From positions 62,892,225-62,956,224 of the forward strand of contig NC_057718.1 in assembly GCF_004010195.1 (NCBI RefSeq): a stretch of 64,000 nt of DNA, read 5' to 3'. Source of the stretch: Chiloscyllium plagiosum (Eukaryota). Made by a program: the position numbers and the translations under genes. Every line of letters begins with the position of its first letter. Positions within the stretch are counted from its first letter, which is position 1. Positions 26,901 through 41,900 of this stretch are shown here, piece after piece. The notes under the pieces were generated by a model. That model did no database searches. It worked only from the letters and a program-made list of their open reading frames with translations, and was not told where the DNA came from.

Positions 26901-29900
26901 AAGCATATGTCATAGATAAGATGGGGCACAGAGGGACATCACTCGTGCACCATGAGCAGCCCAAATATATGTGGACAGAGAGCAGCACAAGGACAAATTT
27001 ATTTTACAAGCCACCAGATCACTCATTAAATATATTTATCAACCATTTTTGAAAGTTGCCTCAGAACAGGGCCATGTGTTATGCTGAGCAGCAAGCCAAT
27101 AGTTGTGAAGTTAGGCCCACCAGAAACAATGACATGCATTTTGTCAATACAGTTGTGCAAATTCCTTGCTTTCCGACAATTCATAATCATACAGATCTAT
27201 TACATTTGGTTATGTCATTAATTGCACTGCTGAAACATTTCATTTAAACAATTCTACAGTGTGGGCATGTTTCATTTGGCTGTTGCATATTGTGCTTTCA
27301 TCTTAGTACTATGTGGAGGTATAACTGGAATAAAATTAAATGTAAAAGCAGTATGAGATACCAAAAGCATAATCCTACAATAAATCTATTCAATCCCAAC
27401 ATGCATGAACATTTGTTCAATCATGATACTGTGTCTCACTGTCGCATTACTAACGCGTGGAAAATGAACATTGGCACAATTTTGGGTCACATACAAGCTC
27501 AGAAATTGTATGGACACCTTACCTGTTCTTGGCAGGATCAAACTATGCTGCTGATATGCTGAGTTTTGTCTCTATTGTACATCTGTCTCAGATGTATAAA
27601 TCATCACCTATACTACACAACTTGAGTATTGATTTAAAAAAAACAGGCTACCAAAGCTTGGGACATAACAGTCCCTGGTGCATTCTCCATGGTAACGCCT
27701 TGTCCAGTATCTACCTGTCAACTTACCAACACCTTTTTCTCCATTTAAAATTTGGAATTCTTGCAATTATGACAATGACTGCAAGTGCAACATTTTAATA
27801 GTGTTTCTCTTTTTGTTAATAATACTTGTTTATTTTGGTGAAGCACATTATACATATTAGATAAGTTCAGTAATGGAGCAAGAACAGCAGTTTTTTTTTA
27901 AAACATTAGAAACTGTTGACAAAGTGTTAGAAACAATAACTAAATGATTCAAACAGAGTGAGAGTTTGCATTCATAGGTTCCAGTGTCCACTCCACAGTG
28001 GAACATATCACATCATGGAAAGATTGACCAAACCTACAACAACCAAACAGGAAGTTAAATTACATGTAGCAAAAATTATTGTTCTTACAGTAAGGTAAGT
28101 TCTTACAGTAAATTGAAATTCACTGGCCTGATACAAATAAAAATTCAAATTTTGTAACTGCATCACAATTGTTTTTAAATCTACATTTTATTTCAGAAAA
28201 TCAACTAGTATCAGTTCTAAACCTATTAAGACTGAAGAAAAGTTACTTGCCATTAATATAATATGAATTGATGTACTGGATAGCTGCTCGACTAACATCA
28301 GCTGTTTGGGCCCTTAGAGCAATGCCCCAAAGTTGATCCATTCCGCAAAGCTGTTTTGAAACAAAGAAACACATTGTTGTGTATCCACATATCAATAAGC
28401 AGTAATACTTTATCAAATTCCATCTGCCATTGTGATTTCACTGTTCAGGTGAAAATATTTCATACATCTTATAGTCATACAGCACGGAAAGAGACACCTT
28501 CAGTCGATGCCAACCATAATCCCAAGCTAAACTAGTCCCACTCGATCCATATCTCTCCAAACATTTCTTATTTATATACTTATCTAAATGTCTTTTAAAC
28601 ATTGTAACATCCATCACTTCCTCTGGAAGTTCATTCCATACTGTTGGAATATTGCATGCAGTTCTGGTCTCCTTCCTATCAGGAAGATGTTGTGAAACTT
28701 GAAAGGGTTCAGAAAAGATTTACAAGGATGTTGCCAGGGTTGGAGGATTTGAGCTATAGGGAGAGGTTGAATAGGCTGGGGCTGTTTTCCCTGGAGCATC
28801 GGAGCCTGAGGGGTGACCTTATAGAGGTTTACAAAATTATGAGGGGCATGGATAGGATAAATAGGCAAAGTCTTTTCCCTGGGGTCGGAGTCCAGATCTA
28901 CAGGGTATAGGTTTAGGGTGAGAGGGGAAAGATATATAAAAGAGACCTAAGGGGCAACTTTTTCACGCAGAGGGTGGTACGTGTTTGGAATGAGCTGCCA
29001 GAGGAAGTGGTGGGGGCTGGTACAATTGCAACATTTAAAAGGCTGGGTATATAAATAGGAAGGGTTTGGAGGGGTATGGGCCGGGTGCTGGCAGGTGGGA
29101 CTAGATTGGGTTGGGATATCTGGTCGGCATGGACGGGTTGGACCGAAGGGTCTGTTTCTATGCTATACATCTCTTTGACTCTATAAATACTTAAAAAAAA
29201 AAATCCCCATGTCTTTTCTAAAATCTTTCTCCTCTCATCTTAAAAATATGCCCCCAATCATGAATTCCCCAACCCTAGGGAAAAGACACTTGCCATTCAA
29301 TTTGTTTGTACTCATTATTTTATAAGCCTGTATAAGGTCACCTCTCAACTTTCTAGGCTCCAGTGAAAAAAGTCCCAGCCTATCCAGCATTTTCTTATAG
29401 CTCAAACCCTCCATTCCCAGCAACATCCTCATAAATCTCTTCTGAACCCTCTCCAGCTTAATAACATCCTTCCTATAACAGAGACCAGAACTGATCACAG
29501 TACTCCAGAAGAGGCCTCACCTCAACATGACATCCTACCTCCTATACTCTAAGGTATGAGCACTGAGGCAAGCATGCCAAATGGCTTCTTAACAATTCTA
29601 TCTATATGTGATGCAAACTTCAAAGAAGTATGTATCTGAACCCCTGAGTTTCTCTGTTCTACAACACTGTCCAAGGACCTACTTTTAATTGTGTAAGTCT
29701 TACATTTGTTTGTTTTACCAAAACGCAATTAAAACTCCATCTGCTACGCCTCAGCCCACTTACACAATTGATCAAGATGTCTTTGTAATTTTAAGAAACC
29801 TTCTTCGCTATCTGCTACACCTCCAATTTTGGTGTCATCCACAAACTTACTAACCATGCCTCCTATATCCTCATACAAATCATTTTTATAAATGGCAAAC

Positions 29901-32900
29901 AAAAGTGGACTCAGCACTAATCCTTGTAACACTGATGGTCACAGGACTCCAGTCCAAAAAGCAACTCTCCACCATCACAGTCTCCTGCTTTTAAGCCAAG
30001 TTGAATCAGATTGGCAAACTCACCCTGAATGTCATGTGCTCTAAGTTTAGAAATTAGTCCACCAGGTGGGATCTTGTCAAAGGCTTCACTGAAGTCCAAG
30101 TAAACAATGTCTGCCACTCTGCCCTAGTCAATCTTCTCGGTTACTTGCTCAAAAAAATTCAAGTTGGTCAGATTTGAGCTGAAGGGTTACAGAATTATCT
30201 ATCTGCAACCCCTTCCCCATTTTCAGATAATGAAAAGGTGCACTGATTGTGGGCCTACATCTGTAATGCTCAACCAATAGGCAGGAAAGCAAAAGCAACC
30301 TTCGATGCAAGGTTCATACAGAACTTGAGTTTAACATATCAATATAAATAAATGAGAGTTAGTGTAAGCCAAACAGCTTTTGATAATCTCCACCGTTCAG
30401 TAAATATCTGATATCGACCTCACTTCTACTTCCCTGTCTGGATCCAGTTCAGAAAAAAAAATTTATATTGCATTTCTTATGACCACCGGGTGTCTCAAAG
30501 CACTTTATAGCCAATGAGATATTTATGGAAGTGTACTTGCTTTTGTGGTTTAGGAAACAAGGCAGTGAATTGCACACAATGTGTTATTAACCAAAGAGTG
30601 TGTGTATTTCTGTGACGTTACTGAGCGGCACATATTAACCAGGAAGCAGAGGATAACTTCTCTCCTCTTCCCACCCAAACTGGGTGTCACTAAACCAGTG
30701 GTACGACACCTTCCACTAGATTGACTAAGTAAAGATAGTAAAACGAGGAAGGTTCTAATGTTAAAAAGAGTAATAAGCATATGATTTGGCAGATTTTAGA
30801 TAAAAATTTCAAAAGTAATGTGGAACATTATGGGTCTAGCAAAAATGAGGAACTTGACAAAATTATTAATAATGAAACAGCACTGGAGAACTTAATTTAG
30901 TAAAGTTAATGTTCTCTTCAAAATGTTGTGTCCACTGAATTTTTTTTCCAATCCCACAAAAAAAACATGTCGACTTACACAAGTGTTAGTTCTCAGAGCA
31001 CAAAGCTGTGTAGCATCTATGTCGCCATGTGACACAAAAGGTAAACTATGCCAACACTGCCTGCTCCGATGTCTACATCCTAAGAGATGACTATAAAGAC
31101 AGTGAAGACATTTGCTTTTGATCTTTCAAAGTTCTTTATATTCTAGAACATATTCTGCAAATTAAGAGGTAGCAAATTTAACCCTGTTATTCAAGAAAGG
31201 ACAGAGACAGAAGTAAGTGGAAACTATTGGACAATTAGCTAACACAGTCGGAGGCAAAATGCTAGAATCTTTTATACAAGCTGCCCTGACATATACGATT
31301 AGGCACCATTTACGGAATTATAAAGCAAAATCATGTTTAATTCTGATGTAGTAACTAGTCAGCAGACACAGTGGCCGAAAGACAAAAAGGTCTGAATTCT
31401 CTCATGTAACTGCAGCACTTGGTTTTAATCTGTGATGAAATGCAAATCCTTCTAAGGCACCCCAAGGTAATGGAATTTTTAATCTTCAAATGGGTGGAAA
31501 CATTTTTTTCCTTGTTTTCCTTCTACTGTGAAAGAATATGGAACAATATATTAGCATAAAGTCAAAGTACCCTCAGTATTTTAACATTCAATGCAGTTCA
31601 CGTACGTAATTCAGATTGAAATACATTCTAACAACAGAACACTACTTTCCAGTTTATTTACATAGAAAAATGAAGCAAAGGACTATGGCAGTACTTTGCA
31701 AACTACTTTCCAATGTGATCCCACTTATCACTAGCATGAGGGCAATTAGGAACAGGCAACAAATGATGATCTTAATAGTGATATCCACATTCCATGAGTG
31801 AATACACATTGTAGAAAACCTGGAAACTAAAGTGACCTGAGACATCAGCAAAAACAGAACTCATGTTATCCTTCATGTAGATTTTAGTCACACTGTTCTT
31901 ATTTCCTCGTGACGGAAGACTTAGTGAAGCCTCTCTCCACACACATATACACCAATCTACAAACACACAGCTCGTGGCAAACCGTACCCTGCCAGCCATC
32001 CACTCAGCAGCTCCTCATCCCAAACTCATAACTCCCAAATTAGAAGTTGACCACATTCCTAAATACCAATCCAATTCACCTCCCCATCCCCCAATTTCCA
32101 ACTATAACCCAGACAGTCGCATTCTACTGTCAATCCTCTCCTGAGGATCTGAAACTTAAATAGAGGCGGAGGTAATTAGTTGTTGTCAGGAACAACCATT
32201 TAATACATATTTTTAATAACTTAGGTGGCAATAAAATGGCTACTTGATGCAAATAACATATCAAAATAGCTTCTAGGCTGCAAATTGACAATTCTGCTTA
32301 AAGCTGTGTAAAAATCATTTTTAACCCTGCTAAAGCCTAAATTGACTTGACCACAGTCTGTGTGTAGGTTTGCTCACTGACCTGGAAGGTTCACTTTCAG
32401 ACGTTTTGTCATCATACTAGATAACATCTTCAGTGAGCATTTGGACGAAGCACTGCTCGTGTTTCCTGCTTTCTATTTATGTTTGGGTTTCCTTGGGTTG
32501 GTGATGTCATTTCCTGTGGTGAAGTACTTTCCTGTTTTTTTCCCCCGGGGGTGGTAAATGGGGTCCAAGTCAATGTGCTTGTTGAGAGTTCCAGTTGGAA
32601 TGCTATGCGTCTAGGAATTCGCATGCGTGTCTCTATTTGGCTTGGCCGAGGATGGATGTGTTGTTCCAATCGACTGGGACAACACATCCATCCTCAGTCA
32701 AGCCAAACAGACATGCACAGGAATTCCTAGAAGCATGGCATTCCAACTGGAACTCTATCAACACACATTGACTTGGACCTCATTTATCACCCACAGGAAA
32801 AGAAAACAAGAAAATACTTCACCACAGGAAATGACATCACCAACCCAAGGAAACCCAAATATAAATAGAAAGCAGGAAACACTAGCAGTGCTTCGTCCAG

Positions 32901-35900
32901 AGGCTCACTGAAGATGTTACCTGGTATGGTGACAAAATGACCGAAAAAGAAGCTTCCAACTCAGTGAGCAAACCTATACCCAGAACCTCAATCTGAGCTA
33001 CAAATCTCCTCAAAACTCATTGATCACAGTCTGTCTCAACAAAGATTAACAGGCAATGCTTCCTTTACAACATAGAAATAACTAGACTAGATAACACTAC
33101 TGGCCATCCTAACGGACCTTCAAATCAGGTGCAAAAACTTAGTTTATGAGATAAGAATGGCTTTAGTTTTGGAAAACAAAGTTGGTCCCCAGGAAATATT
33201 TTTGGGTTGAGTAGCTGTCAATAAAATCATGCCGTTAATTAATTGGTAATCATGTACGATTATGGCCTGTACCTCTCTCAGAAAATAATGAAAATGGCTT
33301 CGTTTTAAACCATGTGCGCAGTTCCTCTGAGGAACACTGAAGTGTTTAACCTCTGTTTCTGGATGATCTGTGCCCAGCCGTGAGTAATAAAGTGTGAAGT
33401 CTTACAAAACCAAACCAATTGCTAGTGTTTGTGGACTGATTGTGGAAGAGAGAGATTCTCCCCGGGGTCCAGATGTTCACCCCCACTTTTGCTCTATCCC
33501 AGTTTGCTTGAGCACACCCTTCCACTGGGATAAATTATAGCAGCCAACGCCAAACAAACGGAAATCGAAGTATTCTGCTCCCAGCCTTGATAATGGCCAT
33601 GAATCCCCAGCTGTGATTCTCTCTCGGGTTTGGCCACACTGGTGGTGGCAGCTGGCAGGGAGAGGTGGAGATAAGAGTGGAACTTAATTACCCAATAGTT
33701 GAAATCTTCCAAATGAAATTTTACATCCCTGCGAGTAGAATGGGTAAAGGGAAGCCACTGCATATTGCGCATTTCAAATACATTCAATAAGCGTCACACA
33801 AAGTCATTACAAGTTAGAAATCACATGACCAATTAGTATAGACTGAGGGTTAGCCAATGGATAGAAAATGGGAGAAAATAAACAGTTAATTTTCTGGCTG
33901 ATAGGCTGCAATTACTGTTCAGCAAGGACCAGTGATTGGACTCAGCTATTTACATTCTTTTTCAATGACTTGGTGAGAGGGCTGAGTGCACCATTTTCAA
34001 GTTTGATGATGATACTACATAATGGTGAGAAAGTAAATGGAAGAGGATGCATAGAGACTGAAGGGACATAATTTTGTTCTGAATCTTCAAGTCTAAAACC
34101 AAATTGTCACGTGGGTCAACGTGGATTAATTAAACAAAGTAAACGTGAATTTGTTATAGGCAAATCTGCCTAAACAACTTTGAGGTTTTTTTTGACAGAT
34201 TTGACTGATAAAGGCAATGCCACTTATGTGGTGTACATGGACATCCAAAAGACATTTGTCAAAGTACCATATAACAGACATGTGAACAAAGTTATAGCGC
34301 GTGCAATAGAAGGCACATTAGCAACTTGGATACAAAACTGGCTGCCTGACAGGAAACAAAATAGTTTTGAAATGTTGTTTTACAGACTGGAAAAGGTTTG
34401 TGTGTCAAGTATTATTATGGTGCAGACAGGCAACCATTTTACATTCAAATTCCTTTGCCCCAGTGCTTACTGGATTTATATGATCTCTGCACAGAAATTT
34501 CTCCACTATAAAAACTTTTACTTTTTTCTTACCTCAGAACTGGAGCCACCATCATAAGCACTGGTTGCAAGCCGGGCCAAATTGCATAAATGCTGGAATA
34601 GATTTAAACCAGTCATGCTGATAGTTTCTGGTTTTAACTGCGGCATCTGAAGTATATAATGCATAATTTGATAGAATGAGAAAACAGTGAAACTGGCATC
34701 TATTCAAGGCTACTGGGAGATAAGACTAAAATTAATTAGTCATAATAAATTCATAATACATCTCACACTGTCTAGATATTTACTGTAGATTAACTTCATC
34801 CATTATATACACAGATCTATTTGCATAAAGAAAAGTTTGCAGTCATTTTCTTAGATTTGAATTTACAATAAAATTACTATCCAAAGGATTTAACCTAATT
34901 GAGCTAGTACAATTTGTCCTTGTCACTGCCAACAGCAAAAACCTGCCTACCTTCCAGACTGTGCAAAGGCAGTCCTTCTAACATTTATTCTTGGCTAAAA
35001 TTATTATGTTTCTAGGCAAAAAACAAAACTAGGACAGTTATGTCAAAACTGTCAAAGTATTGCAAAGTTTCACTAACCTTTTCTAAAAAAAGATGCTTAT
35101 ATGTTTCCATTCCCATTGCATGCTGGTCTTTACTGCGCACTTGGTTAAGGAACCAGTGCAATGCATCATCATAACATTCAGGGTCCTCCACAAGGCAATG
35201 CCACAAAATATCCACCTGATCAAGACTTAACCCTAAAGTAAATACAAGAGCTGTTACAACTGAAGATTTCTGGGCAGGGAACAGAAAAATACAAACTTTA
35301 AATCCAAACTCTGAATAGAAAGGGCAAGATTTGGAATGTTGTAAAATCAGAAAATAAACAACGGCAAAGTGGCAAGCCACCATCCAAAATGGGCATCAAT
35401 AAAAGTCAGTATTTTTGGAAAAGTTAATGTTCAATACACAAGCACCACTGTTGATATAAAAAGATTATGAATGGTTGACTTGCAGGAGTTTGTTTGTACG
35501 GTTTAAAAAAATTTACACAATCTGCTGGGGGGGTATGCAATGTTACAACTTTCACATCCAGTGATGACATCAAGCATTTTCTGCCCAACTACAGATATAA
35601 GTTAGAGTTCCTTCAACTCTGCCAATAATTATGAATTAACTCCAATAAACATGTTATTTCTACATTGGAGTCTCTGAAGATGTAAGCTAATTAGTACCAA
35701 ACTATGGCTTGATCAGTGCTGTGAAAAGTTCTCCTAAAAAAATACAATTACAGTTACAAAATCCAGATTCCTGCCCAGATGTGTAGACTTTGTGGGTAAC
35801 CAGCTCCTTTTTAGAGTTACGTATTAATGGTAGATAAAGGTCTGGCAGTTTAACTTCCTAAGATAAATGAGGCACAGCCGACGACCTAATCTTCTACATG

Positions 35901-38900
35901 ATCGGAGCCTAAATTCATAATCGTCCACCATACAATGTGGCTTCCTCTCAAGTGGACTCAAACTCAGGAGTTCAAATATTTTCAATCTGTTTGTACAAGG
36001 AAATTAAAATCCAAAATATGTTATATTTCAGAGTAGATAACTCAGCGTATCTTTTAAAAATATGGTCATAACTAAATGTTTAGGTTCTGCATTTCTTGTT
36101 GAGGATGAAAATAAACAGCAACTGTGTTGTGTGAGATTCAAAGTAGTTAAAGAATGCTTGAAAGGGTCAGATCATCAAACCCTGAACTATATTCAATATT
36201 TGATTCATAACTGTCCTAGAATCCTAAATGATTGATTCTGTGATCAAAGTTTACTTCCAACAAATTCAAGAACCAAGCTTTGCTAAGTCAACCTAAAATG
36301 AATAGAACCATGGTCATCCTTAATTCATGATCATGGAAATAACAAAAGGATAGCACAGGAAATAATTTTACTCAAATGTTTTACCTCAAATGTCAAACTT
36401 GAGCAGCAATTTATTCTCGAAATATTAGCAGAAAATCACTGAGCTATTTAATGAGTCAATACGTTAATTCTCGCAGCTGGATCATCAGCCAGTTCACAAA
36501 TCTTTTTATGACATACTTATACCTCTGTGATTAAGTAAGAAAACAATTAGGTTTTGACAACTTGGATACCATACTTTGATATGTAGGAAACTAGAACCTG
36601 CCACTCCCAATTTATTGATGTATCCCATTGCAATGCATTTATTCAAACACTTGTTTGTTTAAAATTGTTTTTTAAAGAACACAAGTTCCCAAACTATTCA
36701 AAGGCCAAACTGTGTTTATCTGACATGATTTCTTTATCACACACCTAAGCATCATGCTCCCATTAGCTTGGTTGAGCTGAGCTTATCCAAGGATGCATTC
36801 TTGGTTCCTCTGGTCAATGCTGGTTACATTTTACAGTGCACAATGTTGGCAGAAATTCAAAACAACACCACCACCAACACAACAAAATAGGTGACAGACA
36901 TTCTATGTAATGTCAAGGCAAAATGCCTTGTCCAATCAAAGTTAACTTGGCAGTCAACTGTCAGTTATCATTAACTGGTGCATTCTCCATCTCTACCAGA
37001 GTTCACTTGCCAATTAATCAGCACTCTCCTTTCACAGAGTATAAATAATACTGTTTCCCTTTACACGGATATTTCTTGTGAATTGCCCTGAATAGTGCAA
37101 GAAGAAAAGCTTTGATAAAAACGGTGTCTTTTCTTCCATTAACGATCAAGTTCTGTACTACCAAACAACAAAAATATTGCAGCAAATAAAGACTTACTAA
37201 AATGGTCTGGAGATCCGAGAGTTGAAAAAACACATGTCAGAAACTGCAGACGAACCTGCACTTCTGCGCCATGGCTGTACCTGTATTAAAATCGTTATGT
37301 GCAGAGTTAATGCTGGGAAATTGGAAGGAAAATGCTGATTTTGTTTATCATGCTTTTTTTTTTAAGATTTCTATATTCAAGGCTTTGCAGACATTCTGGA
37401 ATGATAGCATGCACCAATTTTAATTCAGTACTCCACATGCACAATACATAATAACATCATAATATATGTTATATCAGATGAACGTTTCGACAAATGATGA
37501 TTTACTTCGTGATTTTATTCATTCACACATTGTCAGGCTCCCAAGTATTAGCAATGCATAATTCAGAAAACACCAGCTTCTTGAGACATAGTCAGGTAGA
37601 TTGACATACACTTCTAATTAACATTCACAGATGTTCTGGAATTTCACAGTCTTGAAAAATCAGAATATTGGTTTTGAGTGAACTGGGACGTGAAGGGAAC
37701 ATTACGTCTGATGCTTGGCTCATTTATTTACGGTTTTTAAAAAAACCCCAAACAGTAAGCTATGGTAAAACAAAACATTAATTGGAGAAATATTAAGTGA
37801 GGACTGCCTGTCATAAAAATCAAATCCATGAAAACCGACTTTCAGCAGATGAGAAACACAATACAGTATATTACATAGTGTAGTACATTCAAACACAAAT
37901 CCTATTTTATCAAACTCAATATAAATTTCATTTAAATTTCCTTTCAAATCTGTTCAGTTTTTTCTCTTTAAAAGAATTTTGAGAACCCAATAGACTCTAT
38001 ACAGACCTAAAAAGCATTTTAAGATATACTAATGTATCCTGGAAACTGTGCACAGTGCCCATTCTCACCTGAAACTATATATTGCAACCTAACAAGATCA
38101 ATTATTTCAAAACAAAGAAGAATGACATGCTTTATTCTACACAGCATCAATCATTTAAGTTCAATGATGAAGGAAGAGAAAGGCACTTCATGACTGCTCA
38201 TTACAAATTTGGCAAAAATGGAGAACTAATCACTGTTCACAACACAATTTGAATATTGAAAATTGAATACTTTTCAATTCAGAAGGCTAAATGGATGAAC
38301 ATTACAGCAATGTGCAATGTTGGTTCCAAACTTCCTCCACTTGAGAGAAACAAGCAATGTAATAAAACTGAATAGCCCTCCCAGTTTGTTGCTTTGGTGA
38401 TACAATAAAATGGATGAATGCCGAGTTTTCCTAAAAACTGGATCTGTTGCTTAGTTAATGCTGGGTTGTACTACAGAAATCCCATTTTGTAGCCTGAAAT
38501 TAACCAATAACAACTTAAAAATAGAACATTTTTGCAGCCTCAGGAAGAATTGTTTAGGCACTTAATCTGGATTGCAGATCCATGTACAGGTGGTGGTAAA
38601 TGTCACGTGTAATGGATCAGATCAAATCCCCTCAAAATATATTAAAAAGATACTTTAGACTTTAATTTTTTTTCTTTTAAAGGTAAGTGTACAGCCTTTT
38701 GTTCCAGATGCAACCACACCGTTTCTCACCGCGCGCCCCCCTCCCCGTAGCCAGAAATTAATCTGTCTGCTTATGAGGCAAAATTCCAACAGATATAGAT
38801 TCCACCCCAATATGTGCAATCAATCTGATTTCCTCATTATTATTATGCCTCAAAAGCACAAAACGTAGCAAAGAAATATGAAGACATGATATATAAAACA

Positions 38901-41900
38901 TCCATTTAGAGTACAAGACGTTTCACTGCCTCCATTCAATTTACCTACAATGGCCAAACAAAATTATACATTAAACTTAAAATACATTCTTCATAAAGGT
39001 GAATGTGCCTTGACACAAGAATCACTGTTTACATTCTCTCAGAACATTCCTTCTGTGTACAATTACAAATCACGCAAAATCCTTGATATCTAAAAGGGAT
39101 AGGAGCATGGAGTTCCTACGGATAGCACAAAAACATGGACAGTGCTATAATAGAAATTCTCTATCTACCACAAAGGACTGCAACATCAGGACCTGTAAAG
39201 TGGGAAAAAATATCGGGTCTGTGACCAAGCACGCTAGTATGCAGATCCACGAATAGCAAATTAAAGTATCAAAAGGAAAGAGTGTACTTTGATATACCTT
39301 ACATTTGGAGAATAAGTTTAAATTAATCTTGTAGCTAAGAATTGAAATTTTAAATAGTTTGAGAACTTAGTACTTATATAAAGTTAATCTCTGAAGAAGT
39401 GAAATGCACAACTTATACTTCTTTGAAACTTCGAAAAATAACTGTTCAATATACTTAGTTTAACATTTGACTGTATGCATTTTAACACAGATTAAACTAA
39501 TCAAATGCTGAAATCGATGTTGATGTTCAAAAATATTCAAAAAGATGATCAGCAGACATACTTACAACAAATGTTTATGGACTCCTTCTCTAACTGCTTG
39601 AATGTAGTGTATTAGATTGTCAAAGAAAAGTTTCATCATGCTTAGTTCCTTTTCTGCCCACCTATATAATAAAAAGTTGATTATATATTCATTATCCACA
39701 AGTGGATGGCAATTTTATTTCTACTGCGGTGTGTATTACACTATAACTATTTGAGGACAAGTTAGCACATCTTTTACTCATATCAAAAATTAATTTTACA
39801 AATATATATCTATAAAGCCTTTATCTAACACTCCATAAACTTATGTGAACTGCAAACAACTTGGTTCTTTTGTCCCTAACACCATTCATTTCCATCTACT
39901 TACAATGTAGAACCTTTTACTTACATAATTATAAAATATAATTGTCTTCATCTGAGTCAACTGCAAATCACCTTTGATCACCATCTTCTGGCACCAGCTC
40001 ACTTATCTGTCCTACGTTACTAAAATGCTATTTTATTGTAGATGTCTGCTCAGATTTTTTTGATTGCAATACACGTTAAAACAAAATATGAAATTTACTA
40101 CCTTGCCCTCACAAAACATGCACTTCAAACTTCTTGTGATTTGTCTGACTGACTCTCTACATGAAATATTGTTATTGCACAGAGCATAGAGAAACTCCAA
40201 AAGGTGGAGAATGAACAGAAATTTTCAATATGCATAGATATATACAATGTAAAAGAAAATGAAAATAGCTACTTTAGTTAATTACCATTTTTTCCCCCGT
40301 ACCTTTAGTGTTATTACACTGCCCTTAACAATTGGTTATTAATTGGAAATATAAATGGTGCATAAAGGGAAAAGTTACATGGGTGTTTTGGGGGGGGGGG
40401 GGGGGGTGGAGAAAGAGAGAAGCATAGAGGCTGATGGAGCAGACTCTTTGGACTGAATGGCCTACTTCTGCTCCTATAATCTTTTGGTCTGATACACATG
40501 CCACATTTTGGAAATGTGACAACTCGGATGCCACACTTCAGATATGCTTTTCTTAAAAAAGGTTGTGAGGTGATATAACACTGAGTAGATATGAAACTTT
40601 ATAATATCGATAGACTCCTGCAACCAACAAATTCACTAACCTTATCTGGTCTTATGTTAAAACTGTCAATCCCTTTAAATTCCTCGACGTGGCACAGCCT
40701 CCTCCTTACTCCCTCTTGTGGCCTGTGCCCACAGCTCCTTAACCCAACCCCAGTAAACTTCAACACCAACATCTTCACTTGCAGCCTGCTCTGCCAAATT
40801 CCAAGCTTCTTGCAGCTTCTTCATTTAGGCTCCAAAACATTCACACACTCCAATTTCAGCTCCCAATCATCTTGCAGCCTCTGTCTCCACATCACACCAT
40901 AACTCCCAGCAAAATAACTGGCCACTTCCCTTGGAAAAAGGCAATAGCCACGAGTGTCAGAAAAGGCCTCAGCATTTAACAAAAAGCAGTTCCGGTCCTT
41001 CCAGTAACTCCTTCACTTCTACTTCTTCCCAACCGCTCAGATTATAGCCTTTGGATACATCATTAAACGCAAAATGTTCTCATGGTTCAAGTGTTGTAAG
41101 AGCACTACTGAAATCTAGCAGGAAACATTTTTCTTTGCCAACATTAAAAACCCTTGCTGGATTTCTGAACAGATATCAACATAAGTGGGAGATGTATCAA
41201 GATGTTATGTAAATATAAAAAATGTGTCTTCTTTATATTAGCAATTTGTAAGTAAACTGAAGTATTTAACTTGAAAAATCGCAATGTATTGTACAATTGT
41301 GGGTTACTTACATAGTTATCCAATGCGTATCATAACTGCTTCCAAATTGTTGAAAAGTGCCAAATAGTTTTGGCAAAAGACGGAGTGAAACTACCACAGA
41401 TCTAAATAAAGATAATTGGACAGGATTAATATTAAATAATTATTTAATTTTGGATGTCAAATAATCATACTGAGCAAACTTTCTTTAAACTATACCAAAA
41501 TATCTTGTAAGAACAATTTCTAAAGTTATCAATTTTATTACATTTTCATTCTAAATTTGTGACATATGATTACCTAGTTTTAATGTTGTGGTTCTGTTCG
41601 CCAAGCTGGAAATTTGTGTTGCAGGCGTTCGTCCCCTGTCTAGGTGACATCCTCAGTGTTTGGGAGCCTCCTGTGAAGCGCTTCTGTGATCTTTCCTCCG
41701 CCATTTGTAGTGGTTTGAATCTGCCACTTTCGGTTTCAGTTCCAGCTGTCCGTTGCAGTGGTCGGTATATTGGGTCCAGGTCAATGTGCTTTTTGATCGG
41801 TATATTGGGTCCAGGTCAATGTGCTTTTTGATTGACCTGGACCCAATATACCGACCACTGCAACGGACAGCTGGAACTGACAACCGGAAGTGGCAGATTC

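Noticed and set aside
36461..36522. Possible cryptic exon on the minus strand (ttaatcacag|AGG...AAC|gtattg)
   Set aside because: Weak donor, no USP34 similarity, and the flanking exons already join in frame.
40390..40406. G17 run (G-quadruplex candidate)
   Set aside because: Simple homopolymer beside an old repeat tail; no further evidence of function.
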